A stretch of DNA of 64,000 bases from an uncultured virus (IMG/VR IMGVR_UViG_3300021373_001770) (IMGVR_UViG_3300021373_001770:1-64000), one strand, 5' to 3'; counted from the first letter of the stretch, positions 1-8,684 are shown. Numbers and translations: made by a program. The notes: generated by a model from the sequence alone, not told the origin.

Positions 1-465
1 ATCACGCATTTGATTTACTGTCATTGGAGTAGATACAATATCTACTGGAAACTTTATTCTTTCTTTAGCATACTGATGACATGTGTTTAATGTATCACTA
101 TTTAGTACTGATCCTGCACTACATAACTCTTTATATGTTTTACCGGTTATAGAACTAAATTCTCTAATTGCTGAGGTTCTACCAACCATTTCAAATTGAA
201 ACTCTAATACTCTGAATTCATCATTAGGATTTAATATAAATGATTCTCTAATGATTTGATCTTTAATTAAAGTCTTACCTGAACCAGGTCTACCACCAAT
301 TACAGTAAGTGTGTTCCACTCAAGCCCATCTGTACATGCATCATTAAACTTTGGCCATGGCGTATATATGGATTTCTCCTCACCAGTTGATCTGGCATAC
401 ATATATTTAAGTGCATCATTAAAGGCTTGATATTGGCCCACCCATGCTGGTTTTGGTTTACTCAT
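1..465 (-). CDS. dnaB: DnaB-like replicative helicase, N-terminal part (runs off window)
   Basis: Manual translation from ATG at 465: MSKPKPAW...TPWPKFNDACTDGLEWNTLTVIGGRPGSGKT...RVLEFQFEM. It has the Walker A GRPGSGKT and the DnaB H1a-like FEM motif. The start overlaps the stop of the upstream ORF (ATGA). Not in the ORF track because it is truncated. Confidence 0.85.
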   Translation of the reverse strand, partial: MSKPKPAWVGQYQAFNDALKYMYARSTGEEKSIYTPWPKFNDACTDGLEWNTLTVIGGRPGSGKTLIKDQIIRESFILNPNDEFRVLEFQFEMVGRTSAIREFSSITGKTYKELCSAGSVLNSDTLNTCHQYAKERIKFPVDIVSTPMTVNQMRD

Positions 466-1052
466 ACAACGTTTTCTTTAAAATGTTCTTGTTCTGTGTT
501 GATACCTTCTATCATCATATCACAATAGTCTGCTAATGTAGAGTGTTTAACTCTATGCTTATCTTGCTTACATATAAAATATTGACTGGTTTGCATATAC
601 ATATACTCCTTATCCCTGTACTCATTTACGTACATTCTAGTAGCATTTATAACATCATCCCATGTATGATCATATGTTTCAAAGAACCATCTGAATGCTT
701 CACCTAATGCTTTTACATTATTTCTTGCAAGTTTACCGCTTGGTAACTTTTTAGCAGGAAATATTTCTCTGTAGTCATTAATTTTATCTACAAAGTCTTT
801 ACCCATTAGTTGAATATCAGTTTTCTTTTTAGCTTTTATAAAGTAATTATCCATTCTTGCTATCAGCATTTTTGCATCTGCAGTTAATGTATACTTACCA
901 TCTTCAAATTGTAAATATTTTTGCTCTACTAACTTATTCTTATCAGCATCATTATTAATTGCTAATGAAACTCCTTGCTTCATCCCAAATAGAATCAGCA
1001 GTTGATTTGGTGTTAGTTTTGCTTTTAAGATTTTTTGGAATAGTTCCCACAT
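462..1052 (-). CDS. Replication-associated protein (possible initiator/helicase loader)
   Basis: 196 aa ORF translationally coupled to dnaB, with a wHTH-like N-terminus. The function is inferred from position only. Confidence 0.45.
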   Translation of the reverse strand: MWELFQKILKAKLTPNQLLILFGMKQGVSLAINNDADKNKLVEQKYLQFEDGKYTLTADAKMLIARMDNYFIKAKKKTDIQLMGKDFVDKINDYREIFPAKKLPSGKLARNNVKALGEAFRWFFETYDHTWDDVINATRMYVNEYRDKEYMYMQTSQYFICKQDKHRVKHSTLADYCDMMIEGINTEQEHFKENVV

Positions 1053-1467
1053 GTTCTATTAGTTTATTTAATATATTATTATATGCATCTATAACTACTT
1101 TATCTTTTGTAAAGAAACCATTATCAACCATTTTACATGAATTAATAATTGTTGCATGATTACGGTTAAGATATTTACCAATGCTTGTTTTAGAGTGCCC
1201 TTCTTTATGTGCTAAATAAGACATTGTTTGAACATAAACCAAATAACTTCTGAATCTAATTTTTTCTTTTAATGATGGTACTTTCTTGTGTTCAGGCACA
1301 TTTTCATGTAATGCATCTAATGTACAAGTATGAAAGACATCAAGTGGTATCTTATCATTACACTCTTGTGGAGTATAAATAAATATTCTTACACCATACT
1401 TTTCATAAAAGTTTTTTTGAAACTCAGAAATATCTTTTTCTTGGCTAAGTTGTTGATTTTTAGACAT
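955..1467 (-). CDS. Protein with DnaA domain IV-like dsDNA-binding HTH
   Basis: HSKTSIGKYLNRNHATIINSCKMV resembles the DnaA C-terminal signature (SLxxIGxxFxRDHTTVxxAxxKI). There is no AAA+ domain. Confidence 0.7.
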   Translation of the reverse strand: MSKNQQLSQEKDISEFQKNFYEKYGVRIFIYTPQECNDKIPLDVFHTCTLDALHENVPEHKKVPSLKEKIRFRSYLVYVQTMSYLAHKEGHSKTSIGKYLNRNHATIINSCKMVDNGFFTKDKVVIDAYNNILNKLIEHVGTIPKNLKSKTNTKSTADSIWDEARSFISN

Positions 1468-1488
1468 TTAGGCTATGATTTTGTTTTA

Positions 1489-1496
1489 CAAATATA
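1489..1496 (-). promoter_or_regulatory. Bacteroidota-type -7 promoter element (TATATTTG)
   Basis: The reverse complement matches TAnnTTTG, about 20 nt upstream of the ATG at 1467. Confidence 0.5.
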
Positions 1497-1503
1497 AAAA
1501 TAA

Positions 1504-2214
1504 TTACCAAGCTATACAAGACTTTTCTTGTTTAATTAGCTCTTCATTTACTTTATTGAATACATCTTTGCAATCCCATTCTCCCCCTCTATAAGCAGCT
1601 GATGCTGGGTGTGCAACTTTAAATATTTTATTATTTGGTATTAACGGTGCCCACTCTTCTGCTTTTCTACCCATAAGTATGAATATAACATTTTTGTTAT
1701 ATTTATTAAGGATATCAAATAGATATTCAGTAAAGCTTTTCCATATACCATAATGTGATCCAATCTTATTGACTTCTACAGTTAGTGCTGTATTTATTAA
1801 TAATACACCTTGATTAGACCAACGTCTTAAGTCACATTCTTCTGGTGTATACATAACTCTACCTGTGTCAGTGTAATCACCAATGGTTTGTTTTAGTATG
1901 TACTGTAATGACTTTTCAGCTTTACCTTTATTACTACAACTGAATGCTATTCCATCAGCAACACCAAGTTGAGGATATGGATCTTGTCCAACAATTACAA
2001 CTTTAAGTTTATCATACGGACATTCTATAAAAGCATTAAATGTATCTTTAAATTTTGGAGTAAATCTTCTTCCTTCTGATACACTTTTAACCAATGTATT
2101 CATAATGTGATCAAAGCTTAATCCATTTATATACGGGGCTAATACATGATCCCAACCACTTTCTTTAAGTTTATTATTTAAATTATCTCTTAAATTATTA
2201 ATGTCTATTTCCAT
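1504..2214 (-). CDS. ung: Uracil-DNA glycosylase, family 1
   Basis: Contains the KVVIVGQDPYP, GIAFS, QGVLLINTALTV and HPAS motifs. Confidence 0.95.
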   Translation of the reverse strand: MEIDINNLRDNLNNKLKESGWDHVLAPYINGLSFDHIMNTLVKSVSEGRRFTPKFKDTFNAFIECPYDKLKVVIVGQDPYPQLGVADGIAFSCSNKGKAEKSLQYILKQTIGDYTDTGRVMYTPEECDLRRWSNQGVLLINTALTVEVNKIGSHYGIWKSFTEYLFDILNKYNKNVIFILMGRKAEEWAPLIPNNKIFKVAHPASAAYRGGEWDCKDVFNKVNEELIKQEKSCIAW

Positions 2215-2233
2215 TTTTCTTATAAATTTATAC

Positions 2234-2241
2234 TATATTTG
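2234..2241 (+). promoter_or_regulatory. Bacteroidota-type -7 promoter element (TATATTTG)
   Basis: Exact TAnnTTTG 18 nt upstream of the ATG at 2260. Confidence 0.55.
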
Positions 2242-2259
2242 TTACTTAAACTGATAGTT

Positions 2260-2694
2260 ATGTCTGAATCAAAACGAATACAAACATATGATGTGTATGA
2301 TCCAAAAGATGTGATCAAAGACATTGAAGTATCTACTATTTATATTACATCTCTTCAAAATATCATATCAGATATGATAATTGCTGGCTCTAAAATAGAT
2401 ACTGTTGGTGAAACTTTTCAAAAATTTGAAAGTATACGTGTAGCCGTTGAAAATAATGATAGAGATGATATAAAAAACATTCAACTGGATAACTGGGAAA
2501 AGCAAGTTTATACTTTGTACAGTTTACTACAGTTATTTAAGTTTAAAGCTTTACAACAAGGTTTAAATAAACCTACTGAGACAACTGCTACAGAAGATGA
2601 TATTAAACAACTTGGTGATATGCTAAAATCCAAAGATAACAATGCTATTGATAAGCTTACTGAAATCACTAATAAGATGAAAATAGTAAAATAA
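2260..2694 (+). CDS. Hypothetical protein, lone plus-strand gene in the minus-strand block
   Basis: ORF track 2239-2694. The ATG at 2260 is preferred because the TTG start overlaps the promoter element. Confidence 0.75.
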   Translation: MSESKRIQTYDVYDPKDVIKDIEVSTIYITSLQNIISDMIIAGSKIDTVGETFQKFESIRVAVENNDRDDIKNIQLDNWEKQVYTLYSLLQLFKFKALQQGLNKPTETTATEDDIKQLGDMLKSKDNNAIDKLTEITNKMKIVK

Positions 2695-3078
2695 CTATCT
2701 CAACTGCATACCACTAAAGTCTCCTATTTCTAAAGCTGCTTGTATAGCAAGATTTAATTCTTCTTTATCACACTTTGCAAATGATTTGCAATACTCTTTA
2801 TTATTTTTCATAAAGCATAAGCCGGCTTTTCTTTTTACCTGAAGCTTTATTTCTTCAAAGGTATAACCAAGTTCATTAGCTATCTCACGTATCATAGCAT
2901 GAACTCTTGCTAACTGCGGGTTACTACCTTTACCATCTTGCACTCCAATAAATATCTCAACTCTAACGCCATCTTTATGCTCTTTAAAGAAGTTATCATA
3001 TTTAATCTGAAATGCTTTTATAGGGAAATGTAACTTTCCATCTTTTACTGTGCCCTCTACAAACAATTGATCTCTCAT
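2695..3078 (-). CDS. NinB/YbcN-like recombination accessory protein
   Basis: GSNPQLARVHAMIREIANELGYTFEEIK resembles the NinB RSxxQNxxLHAMxxDIA motif. The ATG at 3078 overlaps the upstream stop. Confidence 0.55.
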   Translation of the reverse strand: MRDQLFVEGTVKDGKLHFPIKAFQIKYDNFFKEHKDGVRVEIFIGVQDGKGSNPQLARVHAMIREIANELGYTFEEIKLQVKRKAGLCFMKNNKEYCKSFAKCDKEELNLAIQAALEIGDFSGMQLR

Positions 3079-3242
3079 GAGGCAAGCAATATCATTAACC
3101 AAAGCATAGCAACTATGCCTAGGATGCTAAAGAATGCCATAATAGAATGGCCTTCAACTTGATCTTTTCTTTTACCCTGCCTGTATTTTATATCTTCTTC
3201 AGTCACGGTTGGTTTTTTTAAATACTCTTTACTATTATTCAT
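3075..3242 (-). CDS. Small membrane protein (55 aa)
   Basis: Manual translation MNNSKEYLKK...SIMAFFSILGIVAMLWLMILLAS, with a C-terminal TM helix and an ATGA overlap with the next gene. Confidence 0.6.
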   Translation of the reverse strand: MNNSKEYLKKPTVTEEDIKYRQGKRKDQVEGHSIMAFFSILGIVAMLWLMILLAS

Positions 3243-3250
3243 AAAATGTT

Positions 3251-3394
3251 TCATAAATTTTTAATTTTTTCTAATAACAGAACTGCAACATCTAGATTAC
3301 GTTGACTTGTACCTGGGTTTACATCAACATTATCTAGATGTTTTAATGCTGCTTCTGCATGTAACTTAATTAAACTAATCTTTTGATCCATCAT
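3251..3394 (-). CDS. Small hypothetical protein (47 aa)
   Basis: MMDQKISLIKLHAEAALKHL...; coupled to the upstream ORF by ATGA. Confidence 0.55.
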   Translation of the reverse strand: MMDQKISLIKLHAEAALKHLDNVDVNPGTSQRNLDVAVLLLEKIKNL

Positions 3395-3540
3395 CTTTTG
3401 TTTTGCAGATCCCAATCCCACCCATAGTCTGGGTCATGCGGATCAAGATCTAGATTGTTAGTGGGTCTTTTAGTAATCCACCTTCCATCTTCAAATATAT
3501 ATGTTTTTCCATTAATTATTTTAGTAGTTTTTTCATTCAT
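3391..3540 (-). CDS. Small hypothetical protein (49 aa)
   Basis: MNEKTTKIINGKTYIFEDGRW...; fills the gap and overlaps both neighbours. Confidence 0.55.
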   Translation of the reverse strand: MNEKTTKIINGKTYIFEDGRWITKRPTNNLDLDPHDPDYGWDWDLQNKR

Positions 3541-3805
3541 GATGATTTTCTAATATTTCTGTTTCAATTTCATCTGCCCAATTACTGGGTATAATATCAA
3601 CAATATCTACAGCTGTTAATTTGAGCCCTTCATTGGGTAATTCAGCCCATATGTGTAGTATTTCTATAGATGGAGCAGTACCTGGGGTACCCGGATCTCC
3701 ATTAGAATCATACCACTGATCTGGTTCACCTGGATCATAAGTATACTCTACTTCAACTTCTATATCATTATCAGGTAAATTCATATATACACCAAAAGCA
3801 CTCAT
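3533..3805 (-). CDS. Acidic hypothetical protein
   Basis: ORF track, 90 aa, tightly packed in the operon. Confidence 0.7.
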   Translation of the reverse strand: MSAFGVYMNLPDNDIEVEVEYTYDPGEPDQWYDSNGDPGTPGTAPSIEILHIWAELPNEGLKLTAVDIVDIIPSNWADEIETEILENHHE

Positions 3806-4038
3806 TACAAAAATCTTTTTGTACCTTCAACATATACATATTCAACACCACAAGCCTCACAGATTGCTGTGCTTTCATTACGTACTATAACAGGTGTATC
3901 ACAATTACTACAATCTTCATGTGGCATATGTGAGAATTCTTCACATGATTGTCTAGCCATATCTTGTAAGTGTGCATCATGATCTCCGTTATATTCATGT
4001 TCAACCATTTCCATAAATATTTCTTTCATTTTTCCCAT
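3805..4038 (-). CDS. Zn-ribbon protein
   Basis: CSNC...CEACG cysteine pairs. Confidence 0.65.
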   Translation of the reverse strand: MGKMKEIFMEMVEHEYNGDHDAHLQDMARQSCEEFSHMPHEDCSNCDTPVIVRNESTAICEACGVEYVYVEGTKRFL

Positions 4039-4040
4039 AA

Positions 4041-5192
4041 TTATCTTTTTAGTGGATTATATCTAGTTATTTTATTTTGATCAAAAGTTTTAAGGGCTTT
4101 GTCTACCCATTTTTCATCTTGTGTTCCTTTATAACACAATATGTGACATACTGCTGTCTCAGTTGGGTTAAGCCTTAATAGTCTACCTATACGTTGTGCT
4201 GTTTTACGTTCATTACCATATGCATGCATAATAATTCCTGCTTTTAATTTTGGAATTGTAACACCTTCTGATAATTGTAACACACATGATAATTTATCTA
4301 TACGTCCATCAGAAAATAATTCTAAATTTTCATCTGATTTTGGATTTTTTGAGTGATAGCTATGACTACACATTCTATCAGCTTGTTTTTGTGTATTAGC
4401 AAATATAATGCACTTGTCATTTATATTCTTTAATAGACTAATTACATAGCTTTCTTTACTTGTATAATCCATTATAGCTCTCATGCGTAATATTCTAGCA
4501 AACTGTATTTGCTTTGCTGTTGCTGCATCTGCTACTCTAGACGTTACATAATCATAATCTTTTTTCTCAGAAGTATACCAAAAACCACCTTTCTTATTCT
4601 TTTTTTTAAGGCTTGGTAGTTTAGATAATTCTAATTCATGTACTATGATTTTATAATCATTTAAGATGTTTGAGTCAGTAGCCTGATCAACATTAAACCT
4701 AAATCTTATAGGACAATATTTTTGTACAAGCATTCCTTTTTCAGAACCTGTGTCTTTTGGTGGCGTACCAGTTAAACCAAGGATCTTTCCTGTAAATCTT
4801 GCTAAAAATAATTCATGTACATACTTAAGTGAATGACATTCATCTAAATATACTATATCAAAGTCTTCTGGATTTCTTTTCTTAAGTGATATATATGTAG
4901 TAAAGGTTATATGGTCTAATAAATTTAAAAGACCCATCTTTTCTAACTCATCATTCCAAGACTGTGCTACAGAATGTTTTGGTACAACAACTAATACTTG
5001 TATAAACTGATTGTAGTGTCTTTGTAGATGCTTTATGGCTATTCTAGTTTTACCAACACCCATTGATATAGCTAAACCACATCTTTTATGTTGTGCGGCT
5101 ATACTTAATGCATTATGTTGTACTACATCCCTTTTATGTATTTGAATATGTTGATCCATATAGTTAGTGTTATAATTAGTATTATTGTCCAA
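4041..5192 (-). CDS. Superfamily 2 (DExH) helicase
   Basis: Motifs MGVGKT, LDECH, GLTGT, IIFAN, SEGVTIP and QRIGRLLR. The start may be the ATG at 5159. Confidence 0.9.
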   Translation of the reverse strand: MDNNTNYNTNYMDQHIQIHKRDVVQHNALSIAAQHKRCGLAISMGVGKTRIAIKHLQRHYNQFIQVLVVVPKHSVAQSWNDELEKMGLLNLLDHITFTTYISLKKRNPEDFDIVYLDECHSLKYVHELFLARFTGKILGLTGTPPKDTGSEKGMLVQKYCPIRFRFNVDQATDSNILNDYKIIVHELELSKLPSLKKKNKKGGFWYTSEKKDYDYVTSRVADAATAKQIQFARILRMRAIMDYTSKESYVISLLKNINDKCIIFANTQKQADRMCSHSYHSKNPKSDENLELFSDGRIDKLSCVLQLSEGVTIPKLKAGIIMHAYGNERKTAQRIGRLLRLNPTETAVCHILCYKGTQDEKWVDKALKTFDQNKITRYNPLKR

Positions 5193-5235
5193 GTAATAAA
5201 TTTTATTAAACGGGTCTTTTCAAAATCATTCATAA

Positions 5236-5433
5236 TTAAAATTTTAGTAATGACCATCTACGTTGATATTTTCTTATGAGCAAACAATTATTTTTAATTG
5301 CTCTCAGTTCTGATTTGTTGTTAAATTGATTTTCTGATGCTTTTAATGTTTTATTAAGAGTATCATATCTCAGATCTAATAAGTATTTATACATATAATT
5401 TAAGTGCCTGCGTTTTCTTTTTGATTTAAACAT
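5236..5433 (-). CDS. Small basic hypothetical protein
   Basis: ORF track, 65 aa. Confidence 0.55.
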   Translation of the reverse strand: MFKSKRKRRHLNYMYKYLLDLRYDTLNKTLKASENQFNNKSELRAIKNNCLLIRKYQRRWSLLKF

Positions 5434-5456
5434 AATTATTCTTTTATATTATTAGG

Positions 5457-5530
5457 TGGACCCTACAGGGCTTGAACCTGTGACCTACTGATTATGAGTC
5501 AGTTGCTCTAACCATCTGAGCTAAGAGTCC
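5457..5530 (-). tRNA. tRNA with CAT anticodon, most likely tRNA-Ile2 (lysidine type)
   Basis: GGACTCTTAGCTCAGATGGTTAGAGCAACTGA-CTCATAA-TCAGTAGGTCACAGGTTCAAGCCCTGTAGGGTCCA folds as a complete cloverleaf and resembles bacterial ileX. An elongator Met identity is not excluded. Confidence 0.85.
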
Positions 5531-5619
5531 TGGTAGCCGGAGTGGGACTTGAACCCACACGGGTATTACTACCCAACAGATTTTAAGTCTGTCATGTCTA
5601 CCAATTCCATCATCCGGCC
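5531..5619 (-). tRNA. tRNA-Leu(TAA)
   Basis: GGCCGGA/TCCGGCT acceptor stem, anticodon arm ACAGA-CTTAAAA-TCTGT, long variable arm and encoded CCA. Confidence 0.92.
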
Positions 5620-5623
5620 TCTG

Positions 5624-5697
5624 TGATCCCACAAGGATTTGAACCTTGAACCTACAGCTTAGAAGGCTGTTGCTCTATCCAGTTGAGCTATGGGACC
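5624..5697 (-). tRNA. tRNA-Arg(TCT)
   Basis: GGTCCCATAGCTCAACTGGATAGAGC-ACAGC-CTTCTAA-GCTGT...GGTTCAAATCC; complete cloverleaf. Confidence 0.92.
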
Positions 5698-5703
5698 ATA
5701 AGG

Positions 5704-5973
5704 TTATGATCTTGAGCCTGAGAAACCTAATTCATAGGATTCGGCTGGATGTTCTTCTATCCACATATGACAGTTTCTGCAAACTGGCATCCATGTAGAT
5801 ACTTCCAAGTGGTATACACCACGGCCATGTTTATGATGGACATCTGTAGCATGCAAAGAACACTTATGGATCTTTGCATGACAGATAGGGTTGTCTTGTA
5901 AAAACTTTCTACGCTTTTTAGTATAGTCAGTATTTATCTTAGACATTTTTTTAGAGACTTTTTTGATGCTCAT
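5704..5973 (-). CDS. Small HNH endonuclease
   Basis: C...C-ATDVHH...VCRNCH...H pattern. Confidence 0.8.
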   Translation of the reverse strand: MSIKKVSKKMSKINTDYTKKRRKFLQDNPICHAKIHKCSLHATDVHHKHGRGVYHLEVSTWMPVCRNCHMWIEEHPAESYELGFSGSRS

Positions 5974-6490
5974 TTGGTTTTAAAGTGAAATAATTTTTTG
6001 GTAATAATCCTATTGACATAAACTTTAATATTACATCTTCATAAGATATACCAAGTTCTTTAAATGTAAATGTATTTTTGTAATCATCTAATGTTTCTTC
6101 AGCTGGTATACTTACTATATACTGTGCTGTTGGTGAATTTTTAAATGTTTTACTAAAATAAGCATTTATTCTTTTATTACAAAGTGTTTGTTTCCAAGCA
6201 TTTATCTCTCTTTGCCCACGTTTCCAAACTTTTGTAATGCGCCTTTTCTTATCCCAATGTAGTTTAGTAACTTCTTCAGGTTTATAAACTCTAAGTCCAT
6301 GTAATACACGTTTAAACAAAAAATGTTGGTATGGATTAAGTTTACTATATTCTATATTATTAACTATAGAAGGCGGATGCAATTGATATTCTTCTAGTAT
6401 TCCTAGATATTGATAGCGCTCAATACGTTTACTTAATTGAAGTTCTTTCTCATTGAGTCTGATTTTTGATATTTGTTCTATTGATAACAT
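5951..6490 (-). CDS. Hypothetical protein
   Basis: ORF track, 179 aa, in the operon. Confidence 0.75.
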   Translation of the reverse strand: MLSIEQISKIRLNEKELQLSKRIERYQYLGILEEYQLHPPSIVNNIEYSKLNPYQHFLFKRVLHGLRVYKPEEVTKLHWDKKRRITKVWKRGQREINAWKQTLCNKRINAYFSKTFKNSPTAQYIVSIPAEETLDDYKNTFTFKELGISYEDVILKFMSIGLLPKNYFTLKPNEHQKSL

Positions 6491-6586
6491 ACATGTTTAT
6501 TTATTTAATTAAGTGGATTTAAATGTCAAAGAGGGAACAAATAGTTTGCACTATAGTCCCCTCTTATCCATTTTCAGAAATTAATC

Positions 6587-7150
6587 TTATAGTTCAAAAG
6601 TTTCTTCTTCTAAAACTTCTTCTTCTACAGAATCTTCTACTGTATCTTCTACTTCATTATCAACTTCTTCTGAATCAGTATCAATTCCAAAAGCTTGTGC
6701 TGGTGTAACTTTAGCAGCATTTACTGCATTACTGTTAGTACCATTAGCTTCTCTTATAGCATCTCCATTATCATGGGCTATAAGTACATCCTCTGCTGTT
6801 TGATCTTTAGTAAAGAATGTTTTCCTATAAATAGGTTGACCATCTACACAACAAATAATACCTGTATCACCAGCCATTTTGATATCTCTGTCTGGATTAC
6901 TAGCATTAAAAGGTGTTAATGATTCTTTGATTATGATTTTACCAGAAATTTCACTAACTCCATTGTATATGTACTGTAAATCTTCTAATTTACCTTGAAT
7001 TAATGTGCTGATACGTTTTACACTTGCCCAACCTGAAGCTGAATATACAACTTTGTTTGACTCTAATCTAACGTGACCAAATTCTGGATTTTGTGATTGA
7101 CGGACAACATTTCCCATGTCATCTGCCACTACTTGACATTTGTTTTGCAT
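6587..7150 (-). CDS. Hypothetical protein with acidic tail (possible ssDNA-binding protein)
   Basis: Beta-rich core plus a very acidic C-terminus ending EEETFEL, as in phage SSBs. This is an inference. Confidence 0.5.
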   Translation of the reverse strand: MQNKCQVVADDMGNVVRQSQNPEFGHVRLESNKVVYSASGWASVKRISTLIQGKLEDLQYIYNGVSEISGKIIIKESLTPFNASNPDRDIKMAGDTGIICCVDGQPIYRKTFFTKDQTAEDVLIAHDNGDAIREANGTNSNAVNAAKVTPAQAFGIDTDSEEVDNEVEDTVEDSVEEEVLEEETFEL

Positions 7151-7193
7151 TTTTAATAAAATTTAATTGTGAATAAAATAAGTAAATTGATGA

Positions 7194-7454
7194 TTAAGAA
7201 TCATCTGAATGAAAATACGGGTCTTCTAATTTTTCAAAAGCGCTAATCTCATCTAACGTTGGTTCATTTTCTTCAATGAACTCCTCCTGGATATCAGGTG
7301 GTGTTTTAGCAAAGCTATTGTAAAATGGGTTACCCACTTCCTTTGTATATGCTGAACTAAGGCCATTAAGATCTTTATACTCTTCATCTGTTAATGAAAG
7401 GTACTGTTCAAGAGAACACTCTATTATGCGACCATTAGGAAGTTGTATTATCAT
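7194..7454 (-). CDS. Acidic hypothetical protein
   Basis: ORF track, 86 aa. Confidence 0.7.
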   Translation of the reverse strand: MIIQLPNGRIIECSLEQYLSLTDEEYKDLNGLSSAYTKEVGNPFYNSFAKTPPDIQEEFIEENEPTLDEISAFEKLEDPYFHSDDS

Positions 7455-7566
7455 TATCTTATTAAAAACTATTGTAAAGATAATAATATAATTTCCTTTG
7501 AGTCACTTAATATAACCTAATTTGACTATAATTCAAAAATAATAAGCATTAATATAGCTAACGCAA

Positions 7567-7818
7567 TTAGATTACGGTTAACTTATTGCCTATTCTTCTA
7601 ATATATTTGTTTAATTTGAGCTCTTTAATCCATCTATTAACACTAGATTGACTTGTGTCAAGATGATCTGCTAATGTACTGATTGATGGCCAACATTGTC
7701 TTTGTTTATCTGCGTAACAACATAATAAACTATACAATGCTTTAGCTCCTATAGATACTGATGGGTCTGATATTACTTCATGTTTAACTATACCAAACCT
7801 ATTCTGATTCTTGTACAT
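7567..7818 (-). CDS. Winged HTH protein (HTH_36 / replisome-organizer N-terminal type)
   Basis: SIGAKALYSLLCCYA...CWPSISTLADHLDTSQSSVNRWIKEL. Confidence 0.75.
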   Translation of the reverse strand: MYKNQNRFGIVKHEVISDPSVSIGAKALYSLLCCYADKQRQCWPSISTLADHLDTSQSSVNRWIKELKLNKYIRRIGNKLTVI

Positions 7819-8008
7819 GATCCCTTAGTAACCTAAGTAATGCTGTATTATCATCAGTTTCAGCAGCTAACTCTTCATCTTGTAAGTTAAAAGTTCTATT
7901 CATGAATGCACCAAAAGACTTACCATCTAATGCTTTTTCTCTTTCTTCTTTAACTTTCAGATACTTCTTGAGGTACGATTGAATTGCTTCCGTTGATAGT
8001 TTTGCCAT
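7799..8008 (-). CDS. Hypothetical protein
   Basis: ORF track, 69 aa, overlapping its neighbours. Confidence 0.6.
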   Translation of the reverse strand: MAKLSTEAIQSYLKKYLKVKEEREKALDGKSFGAFMNRTFNLQDEELAAETDDNTALLRLLRDHVQESE

Positions 8009-8516
8009 TATTATTAATTTTATCTAATGAATTCTTTAGTTTATAATAAGGGATATCAGACTTTCTAGTACGCTTTACATACAAAGGATTTATAGTGTGT
8101 TCATAGCGTTTAATTTCTCTATCCCCGTTATGATATAAGATATCAATTTTAATTGAACTATGAAAGGGATTGTATTTTTTATTTGATGACCATGAAGTAT
8201 CACCCATTACAATTCCATATACATCTCCGCTTGAATGCATTAAACCCATATCATTTAAAATATCAATTTCATACTCACTACCTACATGATAACTTGGTGG
8301 TGTAAATCTTACATAATCACCAACGTTTACTTTTTTATAAGGTTCATCAAGTAACATTAGATGAACAGCGCCTTCTAATGCATTATCAGGTATTGAATTA
8401 GCCAATAATTCTGTAATATGCTTTACATTAGCTCTTATATTTACATTTTGCGTGTCTATTAATTTCTCAAATAGTACTTTAATTACATCTTTGTGTAATG
8501 TTATTGTATCAGACAT
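7950..8516 (-). CDS. Hypothetical protein
   Basis: ORF track, 188 aa. Confidence 0.7.
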   Translation of the reverse strand: MSDTITLHKDVIKVLFEKLIDTQNVNIRANVKHITELLANSIPDNALEGAVHLMLLDEPYKKVNVGDYVRFTPPSYHVGSEYEIDILNDMGLMHSSGDVYGIVMGDTSWSSNKKYNPFHSSIKIDILYHNGDREIKRYEHTINPLYVKRTRKSDIPYYKLKNSLDKINNNGKTINGSNSIVPQEVSES

Positions 8517-8539
8517 ATTTATTATTTTTTAAAAATTAA

Positions 8540-8638
8540 AGTCAAGCAGTCCCTATCCTAAACAAGTATGATAAAAGAATAAAGATCTGCTTGACTGTTG
8601 GTCCACTTAACCAATAAAACTATAAGTCACAGGACCAA
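8540..8638 (-). ncRNA. Candidate two-hairpin antisense RNA element
   Basis: Stems AGTCAAGCAG(8540-49)/CTGCTTGACT(8587-96) and TTGGTCC(8598-604)/GGACCAA(8632-38). The loops are complementary to start regions of early genes. Confidence 0.5.
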
Positions 8639-8684
8639 TTGTACTAGTGTTATTATATAATATATAATTACTGGTACTGTTAGT

